A stretch of DNA of 64,000 nt from Flectonema sp. DT1601. Lineage: Eukaryota. Each line of letters begins with the position of its first letter. The stretch's first letter is position 1. Positions 36,328 to 49,353 of the stretch are shown here, one piece after another. The notes under the pieces are model-generated. The model made no database searches and was not told the DNA's origin. It was given only the letters and a program-made list of their open reading frames with translations. Made by a program: the position numbers and the translations under genes. The DNA lies in the NCBI GenBank assembly GCA_964019425.1, contig OZ025782.1, forward strand, positions 930,001-994,000, given 5' to 3'.

Positions 36328-39300
36328 TTATGAACTAATCGGATTTGAAGGGAACGACATCGTATTTGACATCATCGGTGAGCCAACCTTTGATGATGTT
36401 GGAGAGGACAACATACTAAAGGTAGAACCTCTTCTTGACGGTTCTATTTCCATTTCCACCAGTTGAACAGTCAGCCGTCTTCTTCTTGCCACCGGCTCTA
36501 TCATTTCTTGTTCAAAAAGAGAAGTATCATCCTCAATAACTTTCTTCTTCTTTTTAGGAATCTTAGAACAAGGTGCGTCAAGTAAATAATAAATATAAAT
36601 CAACAAGACGACAATACAACCGATTGATAATAAATAGGCCAGCAATGTTTCTGCCCATCCGGGAGTGTCATTCACAAAGAACAAACAAGAAATGTTCATC
36701 AACAAGGTGGTGAATCCGACAGCAATAAGTTCCAACTTATTATGGATCGGACTCTCAAAGGGGCTGAAGTAGTATTGCAACACAAGAGCGACGTCAATAA
36801 CCCACATTGCTATATAGTGTTGTAAGTATTCATATTCAAAATCAGTGACGTAAAGTGCTGATGAAACGAACCCGATTTGCCTAATTAGTAGAAAGAGCCA
36901 CCAGTAGCTGAACTTAAACCCTCCCGTAGCGTAGATAAGATACAACGTACCTTTAAGAAACTTCTTATAACAAACTAATATTGCAAGTGGTGTTATGACT
37001 CCCAGGATGTAGACGAAAGCTGCAGATGCTTTCTTTCGACGTTGGTATTCGTCACCTTCGCAATCGATTGACATGTCGACCCAAAGTCGGTGAATTGGAC
37101 CATTTCTGGTATTAAAAGTATCGCACTTCTGATATGCGAGCAGATGAGTTAACAACGTTGAGTAACACAAAAAGAAAGAAGTCACTAACGACGTTGCCAA
37201 GATAACCTTGAAGCTATACCCACTCCTTCCAGCACATCTCAAAGCCAAAAACGTAAAGAACGACATAATACTTCCGATGACTGGCCACAAGACGTATATT
37301 TCAAGCATCGGAAAGTAAGAAGTAATAATACAATTAAAAGGTTGGAATAGAGAGAGATCAAATAATGAAATTCGACTGAAGAAGTAAAGGATGCTAAACA
37401 AAGGCTCCGGGAGGGGTGTTCGAAACTCACCAAACTTTCCAAGTACTTGAAGGAATATTATTGCTGACCTCACAATAACAATTCGAGACCCAACTGTTCC
37501 TGTTGTAGATGCCGTGTGAACTGTTGCTATCACTAGCCCAACAGCGAATAGTAACATAGTCGCAGGGACTAGAATAGCTGTTAACAAGTTCATTGTTTTA
37601 TCACATTTCTCACATGGTTTACGAGATCCACGAGCTCGAGCCCACCCTGTTTCACATCCTTGACAAAGTGCACCACCACTTCCCTCGACACATTGTTCGT
37701 TTCCAGCTGCGGAAAGGTGAGCTTCGTCTTCAAGACAAACACTATCAGAAATACAATTATAGAACTCTGCTGACTCTGGATCAGCTCTCCAATAGCCAGG
37801 TTTTCTTAACACAATTTCAGATCCATTGCAAATACCTCCAATAGAACATTCTTTACATTCAGTTGTTCCTATCAACTGATAATGATGTGAATCACAAAGA
37901 GGTGCAGAGATATTATGAGACACCACTAACTGGATATTCATGTCGTGGTGTTGGAATAGTAGTTGGGACTCAACTCCGAATGCTGTCAGCACCAGAACTG
38001 ATTGAAACTTTGCAACCCCCTCTTTCAATGTCGCAGTAAAGTCTTTAGCACCAGCTCGAAAAGGTTCAACTGTGGCAGTTACAAAGTCTGAGTCGCTGAC
38101 AACACGATTTCCTTCAATATCGAGAAGTTCAACAATCGGTTGGATTTCAAGAGGACCATTTCTGGTAGCAATGTCAGAAGGTTGTACGATAATAGCAAGT
38201 TTAGCACCGTCACCATGTCTGATAATCAGATGCGTTACTGAACTCCATCCCGTGTACTTTTCTGTAAAAGTATAAAACCTATGAACTGCACCAGTCTCTG
38301 AGGTTTCTGTAACATTAACCTCATGAGATAAGAACCCATCAGTCATTAAAGATGTTTCTTGAACAAGACAAGATGACTTACTGTCAACTGCTTCACAAAC
38401 AACAATCAACCGATCGCTAGTATCGGAATCTCGAAGTGGGAACATTGCGTTGTCAACTACAACTGTTTCGAGATCTGGAAAGGCGTTCCCAACTTTGTAT
38501 TCAACTAACGGTTCGCTGTAAAGATCTGAAGCCTCTCCGATAACTGCAAAGGCGATTGGCTTTCCCGTGTACACTTGTCCATCCATTGCAATATCAAGGA
38601 ATCGTGATCCTTTTTGTTGTAAGATTGGTTGTCTACACTTAACTACATTATTCTCAAGTGTCCCTCTAACGTGATAAACTTCAGCTGATGAAGGAGCAAT
38701 ACAATTAGAAGGATCATCTACCTTACAAGTTGGTATGAAGATCTGATCAGCTTGCTCCGGGACAAAGCGAGCACGCAATTTCGGAACGATTGAAGTGTTC
38801 GAATAGAATGCACACGTGACGTGTGAATCTAATTTAAAGCTGCTGATATTAATCGAGACAACTGATGAAAAGGAAGCAGACACTCGCTTTGGCTCAACAG
38901 AAGCAATAAGTGGAGGGATGTAACGCTTTAATTTATCGAGTACTTGAACGTGATGTGTTGAGTCGAAGGAAATATCAACAGTCCCGCCATCACATTTAGG
39001 ATGAGAAACAGGATAAGTTAAACAACTCATTAGTTCCCCGTTGGTCACAACAGCATCTCGAATCATGTCGTTCGGTTCCTCAAATTTGCATGTCGCTGTT
39101 GAAGTATAAAAACCTCTTCCCAAAATCTGAACTTCGGTACCACCTCTTTCATCTGCCAAAGGCGGGTCGAGTTCATTCGCCTCATAAAGTAAAAAGATGA
39201 GAAGTCCATTTGCTCTGTTGGGAGCTCCATACAATATTTTCCTCTCAGCATCAATTGTTGATTTCGATACCACTTCAGGGAAGGTACCTCCAGCAGATCC

Positions 39301-42300
39301 CGCAACTGCCTTCAGTTTCAGCTCTCCGTAGATTCCAAACCGCAGGAGTACTTTGTAGGCAACGCTACGTTGTCCTTTTGTCACCTGCACAAATACATAA
39401 CAAACGGGACCATCTGGGTCTACTGACATAGTAGCTGTCTCAGGAGCGTACTGCATTACAAGTGTTTCTTCATCAATGTGTTTAGTTAGAGACAGCTCGT
39501 GAAGCATCAAACTGTCAGATTTTGAGAGGACTACGGCGTGTTCGTTATTCATTCCAACCTTTAAAAGTGTTCCTCTTGCGGTGTAAACTCGATTTGGTAA
39601 GACACAAGCATAGTCAGTTGAGACTAGTTGACCACAAACTGTGTAAGTTTCGTTATTGCATGCTAAGTGAGAGCAGCTTGGAATTGGAATCGTAATCTCC
39701 TTCGCAACTTTAAAAGAGTTAGACATTACAGAGAGTTTACACGTCTTTGAAAGCAAAAGAAGACTGTCGCCACTCACACAGGTGTCGACTATGTCGTGAG
39801 TGACATCAGCTACCTTTGTCGCTACTGCGCCAACTTTAAATACGTCACTCCCTCTCGTTATTACAAAAGAATCTTTAAATACGATACCACTTTCTGCATT
39901 AATCGCAACGTCAGAAGCTGCCACAGGTGGTAACGAAGTCGCATTGTATCTCTTAACACCACCAGTTAATGTGGCAACGTAAACAAAGTTATTAACAGCT
40001 CCAACAGCTATCGGAGTAGATACTTCTTCTGTTAGCCTTTGTTGAACTCTAATTAGAGGACTTCTCTTTTGTGTACATTGAAGTCCAATATAACCATCAA
40101 GACATGATTGGCATTGTGCACCATCCCAGAATCCTTCTTTCCTGGTGCGGTAGCAGGTGCAGGTGCTTGTACCTGAGCAGGTTCCATGACCACTGCAGTC
40201 GCATGCAATAGAACAGTCGACTCCCCAATAGTGAGGATGGCAATCACTACAATCGTTACCTGAGTAGTGTCCAAAGTTATTATCCTGACACTCGCAACCT
40301 CCATCAACACCACACTGAGGGTTTGCCATGCCCTGCTTTCTGCAGTTGTCAAGAGTGCATTTCACATCGCACGCTGCGCCATACCAACCATCCTCACAAG
40401 AACAATAGCTTTCAGGTAATCCAGTTCCAAAAACGCAGACGCCTCTGCCGCTGCAAATCTTTCCCATCTTTAAAGGACACGTACTGTTGCATTGCACTCC
40501 CGAATATAAATTATCACACTCGCAAGTCTGTTTGTTTGTAATTCCGTTTACACAACGGATGTCACAGTTTGGTCCACTCATACCAGGTCTACATATGGTG
40601 CATTTACCGTTAGTGTCTTTAATAAAGTTACCAGCACAAATACAACTTTGGTCTAATGGCCCTCCACATCTTCCGTTACCACAGTCACACGGAAAGGTAC
40701 AGTTCGCTGCACCCCATCCGATGTCACATGTGCACGTCGGTGGGGTTCCGCCACAAGCACCTCTTCCGCTACAAAAGTCGAGGCAAGTCTCCATGCAGTT
40801 TGGTCCACCCCATCCATTATTACAGCTACAGGTACCGTCATTTTGACACTTTCCTCTAACAGGTCCACCACATGGAAGACCATCAGTAAGTGGGCATTTT
40901 AATTGACAAGAATCTCCAACCCATCCAACAGCACACAAACAAGTTCCTGTGACGGTACTGCAGGCACCGTTTACGCAGGATTTGCAATTAGATTTGCATT
41001 TTTTTCCAAAAGTTCCAACAGGACATGGTGGGTCGCAATAAGTGAGGGAGCAGTCGTCTCCACAGTAGTCGGCGTTGCAGACACATTCACCGCTCGGGTG
41101 GCAGACTCCGTTTGCACCACAGCCGGCACCAGAATTGCATGTTGAACTACAAGTCGATCCATACCAAGGTTTTTCACATCTGTCACAATCATCGCCTGTC
41201 CACATGCCGAGAGCTATATTAGAATTGCATGTGCACTTTCCTAATTTACATTTTCCATTACCCGAACAAACAGTCATCAGACCTGGACACTTCATACTAC
41301 AATCAGGACCACTCCACCATTCATTACATGAACAAGTACCATGGATATCACACGGACCATGATCTGAGCAGTCACACTTGTTTTCGCAATCAACACCCCA
41401 AAAACCTTCTATGCACTTTTCGCAAATTGTTCCTTCGAATGTCGGCGGGCATGTGCAAATACCAGTTGAGGAGCAATTTCCGCCATTCATACACAAGCAA
41501 GGACTCGCACAGTCATTTCCCCAGAAAGATGGTTGGCAGGTGCAAGTAGCATCCCTGTTGCAAACACCATTTCCACTGCAAGGTTCTGATGTTGTTGATG
41601 GGCACTCTGTAATGCATTTAGATCCTTCCTTTTTAAAAAGCGGGAGGCAAGTCTTGCAATCAGTAGCCGGATTCTCACCCTCATCACAAATACAAGTAGC
41701 ATTCACCTGATTACAAAGAGCGCAATCTGGACACTTTATATCACACTTATGACCCCCCCATCCAGGAAGACAGGAATCACACTTCACACCACTCCAGTAT
41801 CCGTTTGCGCTATCTGTATGACATGTGCACAGTCCAGTTCCTGAAATGCCGTCGTCACACTTTCCGTTGCTGCTGCATGGGTTACAGATTCCTGTGGGGC
41901 ATATTAATTTACACTCCGATCCGTAATAGCCGGGTTGACAGTCTTCACAAAATTCTCCTTGCCAGAATCCTGATTGGGGATCACTGTGACATTTACACTT
42001 CCAAGGGCAACAGCTGTCTTCTATACAACTTCCGTGAACACATGGACACAGTGGTAATGTCATTGTTTCCGTCATCGTAGTCTCTCTGCATGTCGGAAGC
42101 GATAATATAACACCTTTTGAACAAACACTTTTTATAACATCTCTACAAGTGTATCCATAATCAGTTGTCCAATCAATTCCTTGACCAGAAGGAATCATAT
42201 CACCCACTCTAAAGGAACCAGTCAAACCTACTACAGCTGGTGTGACGCACGGCTTTGGTGTGCATGTTGGAAACGTCAAGCCACCCGAATTGCAAGTTGC

Positions 42301-44234
42301 AGTTCCCACGTTTATACAATCGTAACCTGCATCAGGAATCCATTTACAAATAGTCGAATGGATTGCGAGACCGCCTTCTGTGCAATTAACATGCGCACCC
42401 GTCACAGTTGGTACCGCACACGCTGGTGGTGGCGGCGGCGGCGGTGGTGGCGGCGGTGACGGAGGTGGCGGCGGAGGTGGTGGTGGAGGTGGTGAAGGTG
42501 GTGGCGGTGGAGGTGGTGGCGAAGGCGGAGGTGGTGATGGTGGCGGCGGAGGTGGTGAAGGTGGTGGCGGTGGTGGCGGTGGAGGTGGTGGCGAAGGCGG
42601 AGGCGGTGATGGCGGCGGTGGTGGCGGAGGTGGCGGCGGCGGTGGTGGAGGCGCACAACAAGCGCTGTCATCACACGAAGCCTGTTTGGTGTTTTTGTAT
42701 AATTTAGACATTACATTAAGAAAGATCGCGTACTTTTTATATTAATTTAAAAGTTACAACAGGAGCAGATTTCTCAATTCCCATTTCAATATTTCGCAGT
42801 ACAAACGAAATTAAACAGACATACCAATTCTATTCCCGCACACGGGACGCTGTAAGGATCTGGCCAGTTCCATCCGAGTGTGCATCCGCCGACGTACAAT
42901 CCACAACTCGGTTTGCAAGTGTGCGAAGCGTGCGCACCTGTGCAGCCTGCAGTACAGACGTAATTTTGTGCACAAGAACAGGCCCAACTTGACGGGTCAG
43001 GTCCAAGCATGATGCAAATACCTCCAACTTTATCACAACTATGAGCTCCACTATCACACTCATGAGGTGCAGGAGTTGGTGGCGCAGGCGTCGGCGGCGC
43101 TGGAGTCGGCACAAGAGTTGGCGGTGCCGGTGTTGGTGGTGCAGGCGTTGGAGGGGCCGGAGTCGGTACAAGGGTTGGCGGAGCCGGTGTCGGTGGCGCA
43201 GGCGTTGGAGGTGCTGGTGTTGGTACCAGAGTTGGAGGTGCTGGTGTGGGCGGCGCAGGCGTCGGCGGCACTGGAGTCGGCACAAGAGTTGGTGGTGCCG
43301 GTGTTGGTGGTGCAGGCGTTGGAGGGGCCGGAGTCGGTACAAGGGTTGGCGGAGCCGGTGTCGGTGGCGCAGGCGTCGGAGGTGCTGGTGTTGGTACCAG
43401 AGTTGGAGGTGCTGGTGTGGGCGGCGCAGGCGTCGGCGGCACTGGAGTCGGCACAAGGGTTGGAGGTGCCGGTGTAGGTGGCACTGTAACTGTTATAGTG
43501 TTACACGTCAACTCGTTCGGGGCATACTGCGAGAGGGCAGCTCCATTCTTGGAGTAGCAAAGATTACCAGTTCCAGCAATACTAATTTGAATAGTAACTG
43601 TTCTAGTACCAGTAGATCCACCACTCCAAGTAGGAAGACCACTAGTTGTCATAACACCGGGTCCTGACCAAGAAGGAACGACAAGTAAATCACTATTATC
43701 AACAGACCCAGCACCTGACGGCACTTGGAATCTTACTTGAAAGTTTTGACCAGCTTCAATTGTTGATGGTGGACCCTGAGTCTTCTTTAATTGTAAGAGA
43801 CATCTATTACTACCTCCCTTCCCAATATTTGTGTCTCGCGCACATCCCCAGTTGAATTCAAGTCCCCAATCTATGCCACACAATCTGTTTTGGTTTCTAA
43901 TATAAATCTGCCAATTACTTACTGGAGTTGTACAAGTAATTTCAAGAACTCTCTTGCAGCGAGAGTTGCTATCAGCGGTTGGGTTGCACACAACCCGATC
44001 CGACCAGCCCGTTTCCTTTCCACATCCTTTCAGTTTTATTTCAAACTTGTGATCTCTTCCAAAACAATAATTTGTACCTTTATAACGGACTTCCGCTCGC
44101 ATGCTACGCGACGTTCCTGAAATCGATCTTGTTGTCGAATCGCCCCTTCCTAAACCTCCGGAAGCCTGAAAATCCCATGCCGTTACTTGCACTACCAGTA
44201 AGCACAAAGTAAAGACACCAACGAGATTACTCAT
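36328..44234 (-). CDS. ~2,587-aa surface protein in two exons (42825-44234 and 36328-42681): signal peptide, PPTPA repeats, EGF module, SPPPP poly-proline, many EGF/laminin-EGF repeats, IPT-like region, Cys-rich module, multi-pass TM C-terminus
   Basis: A 143-nt GTATGT...AAACAG intron (42682-42824) joins the 482-aa and 2127-aa ORFs in phase ([15 protein letters not shown]). Repeated CxCxxGWxGxxC motifs, several hydrophobic C-terminal helices, N-terminal [19 protein letters not shown]. Confidence 0.85.
42422..42650 (-). repeat. Coding poly-proline / Ser-Pro(n) extensin-like tract
   Basis: GGT/GGC/GGA triplet run on the plus strand. Confidence 0.95.
43065..43482 (-). repeat. Coding tandem repeat: 19-aa unit ([19 protein letters not shown]) with a 171-nt higher-order period
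   Basis: GGCGCAGGCGTCGGCGGC recurs at 43081, 43252 and 43423. Confidence 0.9.
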
Positions 44235-45436
44235 TGATGAGCTCCCGGGTTAGTTTTCATATAAGTTATGTTCTGAATTAAGAATTTATAAAAACAACTT
44301 GTCCGATCACATCCTAATCTTTGTCATGGCAACTACCTTCTTCAACCCAACTGAGGTGTTGTTCACAACATAATTTATATTTAAATAGAAATAGTTTATT
44401 ATCAAATACCCCGCTACCAAAATTAATTAAGACAACGCAAACAGATGTGCCATTTGAAGACTATTTGGCAACCAAATTCTTAAAAGGGAGGAATTAGTTA
44501 TGTTCATAATATCTAATTGGACTTCCTTTTCGGCGCTCGTAGCGGAGAGCTGCAGCGAAATAGGAAAGATGGGAGACTCTCAATTAGTTTCTATTATGAG
44601 AGTTGTCGTCGGTGCGACTACCTGAACTTTTCACACGACTTTGGATCAATTTATCGTTTTTTTTTCAGTCGCAGTTTATGTTTCCCTCACTACACAAGTG
44701 ACGGGTCTAAAGAGAACACATCTTTAGACTAACTGAACTGAGTTTTCAACCGCTACAAAGCAAAAATTGACAAAAAGAATGTACCACACCCCGAGGCAGG
44801 GAAAAGGCTTTAGCGACGATCATCCAACGTGTCGATATTTACAAAATAAAAGAAATGTTGTGTTCGGATAACTTTTTGTTTGTGCAAGCAATAATTCAAC
44901 AAATATAGAAACAGATGAAGTCACAAGTTCAGAGACTGGCTTGTCTTTTTTTTATTAAATGCAACACTAACTTGTTTATTACAAATTGGGTATGGGGAGT
45001 ACTTCGTTCGTTCTATCGTTAAGTAGAATCATCAAAGCTGCCAATGCGTCACCAGCGCGCGACAGAGAACCCGGTCATTCATATTTCCCTGGGATCCCAG
45101 ACGCGTCTCTGGGGAGCGCGGCGTCACTTCAAAAAAAAAAAAAAAAAAAGATACACATGACAACACATGCAGGAAAGACTGTAGCGACAACTGCTTGACT
45201 CGGATTGCACAAAATAATAATAACCACCTGCGTCAGTTCAGAGACTTTAATTAAATCATACATCTTCCCTCAGTCTGGTTGGGAATTATTACAGCAGTCG
45301 GATCAACAATTTATAAAGAGACCCACTTTGGTTGGCTCACTGCTAAGGGTTTAGACGACTGTATTAATGTCTCCCTTTCAGTGCAACTCAAGGGTCGAAC
45401 TTACCGCTGCCAACATGCATTCAGACAACAGTAAGA

Positions 45437-46480
45437 TCACACAATGTGAGGAAGTACCTTGACGAGGGTAACAATCTTGTGATGAAGAGATGCAAAAGTG
45501 GAAGGTCTCAGCAAGAAGACTAACAGAGATTTCTGGGCGTGGAGTCTGTTTTCCGCCTGTTCAAAAACAATAGACTGCGGTCCGTCAATTACTTCAGCAG
45601 TTTGTTCCATACCACGAGCGGCAGGGAGGCAGTTCATGAAAATCGCGTTTTTGTTTGTCAGCTTCATGAGTTCTTCAGTGACTTGATATTTCATAAAGAC
45701 TTTGATGCGAGCTTCCTCTTCCTCTTTTGGAATTCCGTAGCTCATCCAACTGTCACAATAAACGACATCAACACCTTTGATGGCCTCAGCTGCGGTATCA
45801 AATCGCTTTGATATCACGTTATTGGTCTTCGCAATCTGTGCAACCTCATCGAGAACTTCTTGTTCAATCTCACCAACACCAGCCATGTGGAAGTTCATTC
45901 CCATAATGGCACAGAGACGCATTAAATCGTATGTAACATTGTTTTCTACATCACCAAAGTAAGCCATAGTTAAACCTTGCCACTTATGAAAGTGTTCATA
46001 GACTGTCATGATATCCGCAAGCATTTGCATCGGATGAGCGAAGTCATCCAGAGCGTTGATCACTGGAATTGAAGCGACTTCTGCTAATCCCCTGACACTA
46101 GTCCTGCAGTTAACTCGTCCAGTAATTCCCTGAACCATACGAGATAGAACCTTACCAGTGTCAGCTACGGTTTCCTTTTTTCCCAAAGGTGAGTTGTCGA
46201 TTGAATAGAAGATTGCGTGTCCACCCATTTGATGCATTCCCGTCTCGAGACTCACTCGTGTTCTTAAACTTGGCTTCTCAAACAACATCAGAAGAGTGTC
46301 TCCCTTTAGAGCTTCGTTGTATTTATCACGGTCAGCCTTCATTGCTACTGCCAGTCGAAGTATGTCTTCAATCTCTGCCCTGTTCAGATCAGAGATCTTC
46401 AGCACATGGCGAGGCTGCGTTGGAACTTCAGCAGGCATTTTGTTTTCTTGTTTGTTAAAAGCGGAGAGTATTCCTGACAT
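45437..46480 (-). CDS. OTC: Ornithine carbamoyltransferase
   Basis: FEKPSLRTR (carbamoyl-phosphate binding), HPMQ, DSWMSY, FMNCLPA, EQAENRLHAQK. Confidence 0.95.
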   Translation of the reverse strand: MSGILSAFNKQENKMPAEVPTQPRHVLKISDLNRAEIEDILRLAVAMKADRDKYNEALKGDTLLMLFEKPSLRTRVSLETGMHQMGGHAIFYSIDNSPLGKKETVADTGKVLSRMVQGITGRVNCRTSVRGLAEVASIPVINALDDFAHPMQMLADIMTVYEHFHKWQGLTMAYFGDVENNVTYDLMRLCAIMGMNFHMAGVGEIEQEVLDEVAQIAKTNNVISKRFDTAAEAIKGVDVVYCDSWMSYGIPKEEEEARIKVFMKYQVTEELMKLTNKNAIFMNCLPAARGMEQTAEVIDGPQSIVFEQAENRLHAQKSLLVFLLRPSTFASLHHKIVTLVKVLPHIV

Positions 46481-46835
46481 AAGTATTAGTTAAACCAAAA
46501 AAAAAAAAAAGTACAAGAGAAGAATCAAAATAACCAAACACCACTACCAATAATAAGAGAGCATTAAATATTACCCGGAAAGCAAAAGGGAATTAAATAA
46601 TCCTTTCATCTTTTGTTCTAAACGACATTTCTGACTACCGAATCAGAATGTACAAATAGATACGAGTAAGACACCTGCGGGTAAAAAACATCAATTTCTA
46701 ACTAATGAATGTGAAGCCTCGCAGTATCTGAGCAGTTAGAAGTTTACTTGACGTTATTCGTAAGTAAAGTAAAGTACTAATTAAAGTACAACAAGTCTTC
46801 ACTAATGTTGATCAGCCACCAGACTGTCCGAGTAA

Positions 46836-47444
46836 TTAACTGCTCAGCATATCATCAGGAACTCCTAACATTCCATGAATAAGGTGACCTACAAAGAACG
46901 AAGTTGCTGCAGTAAGACCACCAGCAAGAACCATACCAAGACCAGACTTCGAAGGATTGCTGCAAGAAGTCACCTGTGCCTTAACGTACCCGAGAAGAAA
47001 AAGAGAAACTGCACAAGTCAGGCAGAGTAGATACTTACGAGCGGCTGCCGAAGGGGGTGAGGGAACTGGAGCCAATGACAACAGAGGAAGGCCACCAAAT
47101 AATAAAAACGATAAGAACATCACCACCGCACTCTTGATGCTGATTTCAGGAGAGGCACCAGTTATTTTTGTTTCTGTAAGCGCTCCAAAATAATCTCCCA
47201 TTCCCATACTACATCCTTTAGCTACTAAGTTAGCCATTCCTAAGGTCAGTAACATATCTGTTGTAACTGTGTCTCCTAAGGCGGCGCTGCTCCATACCAA
47301 TGCAAGTGTTGCTGACAACCCATCGACTCCACCAAATACGAGACTTCGAACTAACTTACTCCGCTCTCGCTTGCGATCGCGTTCTGCATTTTCCTCCGGC
47401 TGTACTACTTCTGTGGTGGAGAAGCTCAGTCGTTTCTCAGTCAT
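46836..47444 (-). CDS. VIT1/CCC1-family Fe2+/Mn2+ transporter
   Basis: RSLVFGGVDGL, ANLVAKGCSMGMGDY, FLSFLLFGGLPLL, LFLLGYVK; about 5 TM helices; first ATG at 47444. Confidence 0.9.
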   Translation of the reverse strand: MTEKRLSFSTTEVVQPEENAERDRKRERSKLVRSLVFGGVDGLSATLALVWSSAALGDTVTTDMLLTLGMANLVAKGCSMGMGDYFGALTETKITGASPEISIKSAVVMFLSFLLFGGLPLLSLAPVPSPPSAAARKYLLCLTCAVSLFLLGYVKAQVTSCSNPSKSGLGMVLAGGLTAATSFFVGHLIHGMLGVPDDMLSS

Positions 47445-47735
47445 CGTTGTCGCTGAGTCCAACTGCTGTTCAAAAGAAATAGTTGTAATGGACTAGAAAG
47501 GTAACCGACGGATCAATCAGTACCTTCACTTTCCAACGTAAACTCCGCAATCGTGAAAATATGTTATTAAGCCTGCTGTGAGTAGAAAGCAGAAAGTAAG
47601 CACGATACGTTTCTTCACTATCGATCGTTCATTGTAAACAACTTGGAAAAGTAGTTCCGCAGAACGAAGAAGGTTCAGATCCCATTCAAGTAATCTGAGG
47701 GTCAGCAGATGTGCGACAATTAATCAGCTGAAGGA

Positions 47736-48500
47736 TCACAGTACTGGTCGGATCCCAAGGAAGGAAGCATCAGGGTTCCAGCATCGGTTGTTGTTGTTGT
47801 ACCGCTGCACTGTTTCTCTCAATTTCTCACCTGCTTTGCGCCTGTCCTCGTCAATACATTCCCAGCGAAGGAGATCGATGGCTTCTAATGTGTTTTGGAA
47901 TTCAGTCATCAGAGCAGCCGACAGCTTCGCTCTTGAGAACCGCTCCCTTCTGAACATGTGAGAGATCTGTTTTGGATTTATAAGATCTCGATATGAGATG
48001 TGACTCCAGTGACGAAAACTTCTTCGGCACCGACTTTCGAGAACAGCAATCTGCCGTCTGACATCACGTTCTTGTTCTTCTGCTGATTGGAGGGCGGTGT
48101 GGAAGATTGTACAGCTCCTGACGTACTCCCATCTCATTTTTGTATTCACGGAGGGAATTGTGATCAACTCCATCGAAATCGGTTTCAGTAAAACAATCGC
48201 TTCGAGGTACTCACCAATTGAGATTCGCTGTCGGATTTGTTGTTTTCGTTCTCTGAGTTCCTCATCTTCAATTTGTTTTCGAAACATCACTTGCTGATGT
48301 ACGAATCGTAAGAATATCACCCGTCCATTCTTCGACATACTCGGACTGGGTAGACCCGGCATCAAGTCCAACTCATCAGCTGCTACACTGGGCCGCTTTC
48401 TATTTCTCTTTAACCAAAACGAGCCGCCCTGTTTCTGACTCACTCCCTTGTGAACATCAGCAGTTAACTTTCCCTTGTGATGCTTCTTCTTTGAAGGCAT
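47736..48500 (-). CDS. Hypothetical protein (basic N-terminus, E..R coiled-coil segments)
   Basis: ATG-initiated ORF of ~254 aa on the cluster strand; no recognised domain. Confidence 0.6.
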   Translation of the reverse strand: MPSKKKHHKGKLTADVHKGVSQKQGGSFWLKRNRKRPSVAADELDLMPGLPSPSMSKNGRVIFLRFVHQQVMFRKQIEDEELRERKQQIRQRISIGEYLEAIVLLKPISMELITIPSVNTKMRWEYVRSCTIFHTALQSAEEQERDVRRQIAVLESRCRRSFRHWSHISYRDLINPKQISHMFRRERFSRAKLSAALMTEFQNTLEAIDLLRWECIDEDRRKAGEKLRETVQRYNNNNRCWNPDASFLGIRPVL

Positions 48501-49353
48501 CTCACTCGAGTCATATTGTGTGCATTCTGAAGTACAACAAAAGTACAAAACATCCAACAATCAGTTCTATTCTATAGTGAAATATCCATCTTGTGATAAA
48601 AGGGTCTCATTTTAGTAACATTCACTGACTTCAAAAAAAAAAGAACCAAAAGTATTTCAAAAAAAATGTTCGGATTGACGAAGACAAAAAAAAATTTGTT
48701 TTTTAAAAAAAAAAAAGTTTGATTTCTCTTCTTTTACGCGTCTCAATAACTCTAATTGGTTGGATGGCATTCAAATGCCCTGCGGAGACCGGCGGCAGAA
48801 ATTAGTAACCGCCATAATAAAACAGAAGAACAAAACCTGAAAATTAAAACGACATAAACCAACCAGTAATTCGATTAAGTGTTCGGAGGAAAAAGTTATT
48901 CTTCTCTCGTGGAATATTTCAGGACTTCCTCAGCGAGCTATTTTCTAAAATATATAAAAGGAAGCCGAAGGGAAATGAAAATAAATTTGTTCAAAATCTA
49001 CATTTCTTTTTCCTTCTTCATTCTCCTTGCCTTGCTCCCTCTGCTTTATTGTCAACAGAGGGAATGCAAAGACTCAACAAACGAAGTACCGAATACCTAA
49101 AAAAATTAACCCCCGGTAGGTATTAAATTATTCTAAGTCAATACGTTGTGAAGGTGATTAGTCATCAGTGTGCACTATGTTATTTACTTCCTGAAATACG
49201 ACCATCTGAAGACAAACAAAAAAAAAAAAAAAAACATATTGATTAATATCTCTGTAACGAGTTTCAATTTGTTTGCGAGCAGCCAAACAGTCGGAAGTAC
49301 TTTTTTAGAGATCGCATGGCAGGGAATACCAATAGATAAATATAATTTATTAA

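Noticed and set aside
42380..43667. Gly-, His/Arg- and Val/Ala-rich ORFs in alternative frames
   Set aside because: By-products of the proline-coding repeats
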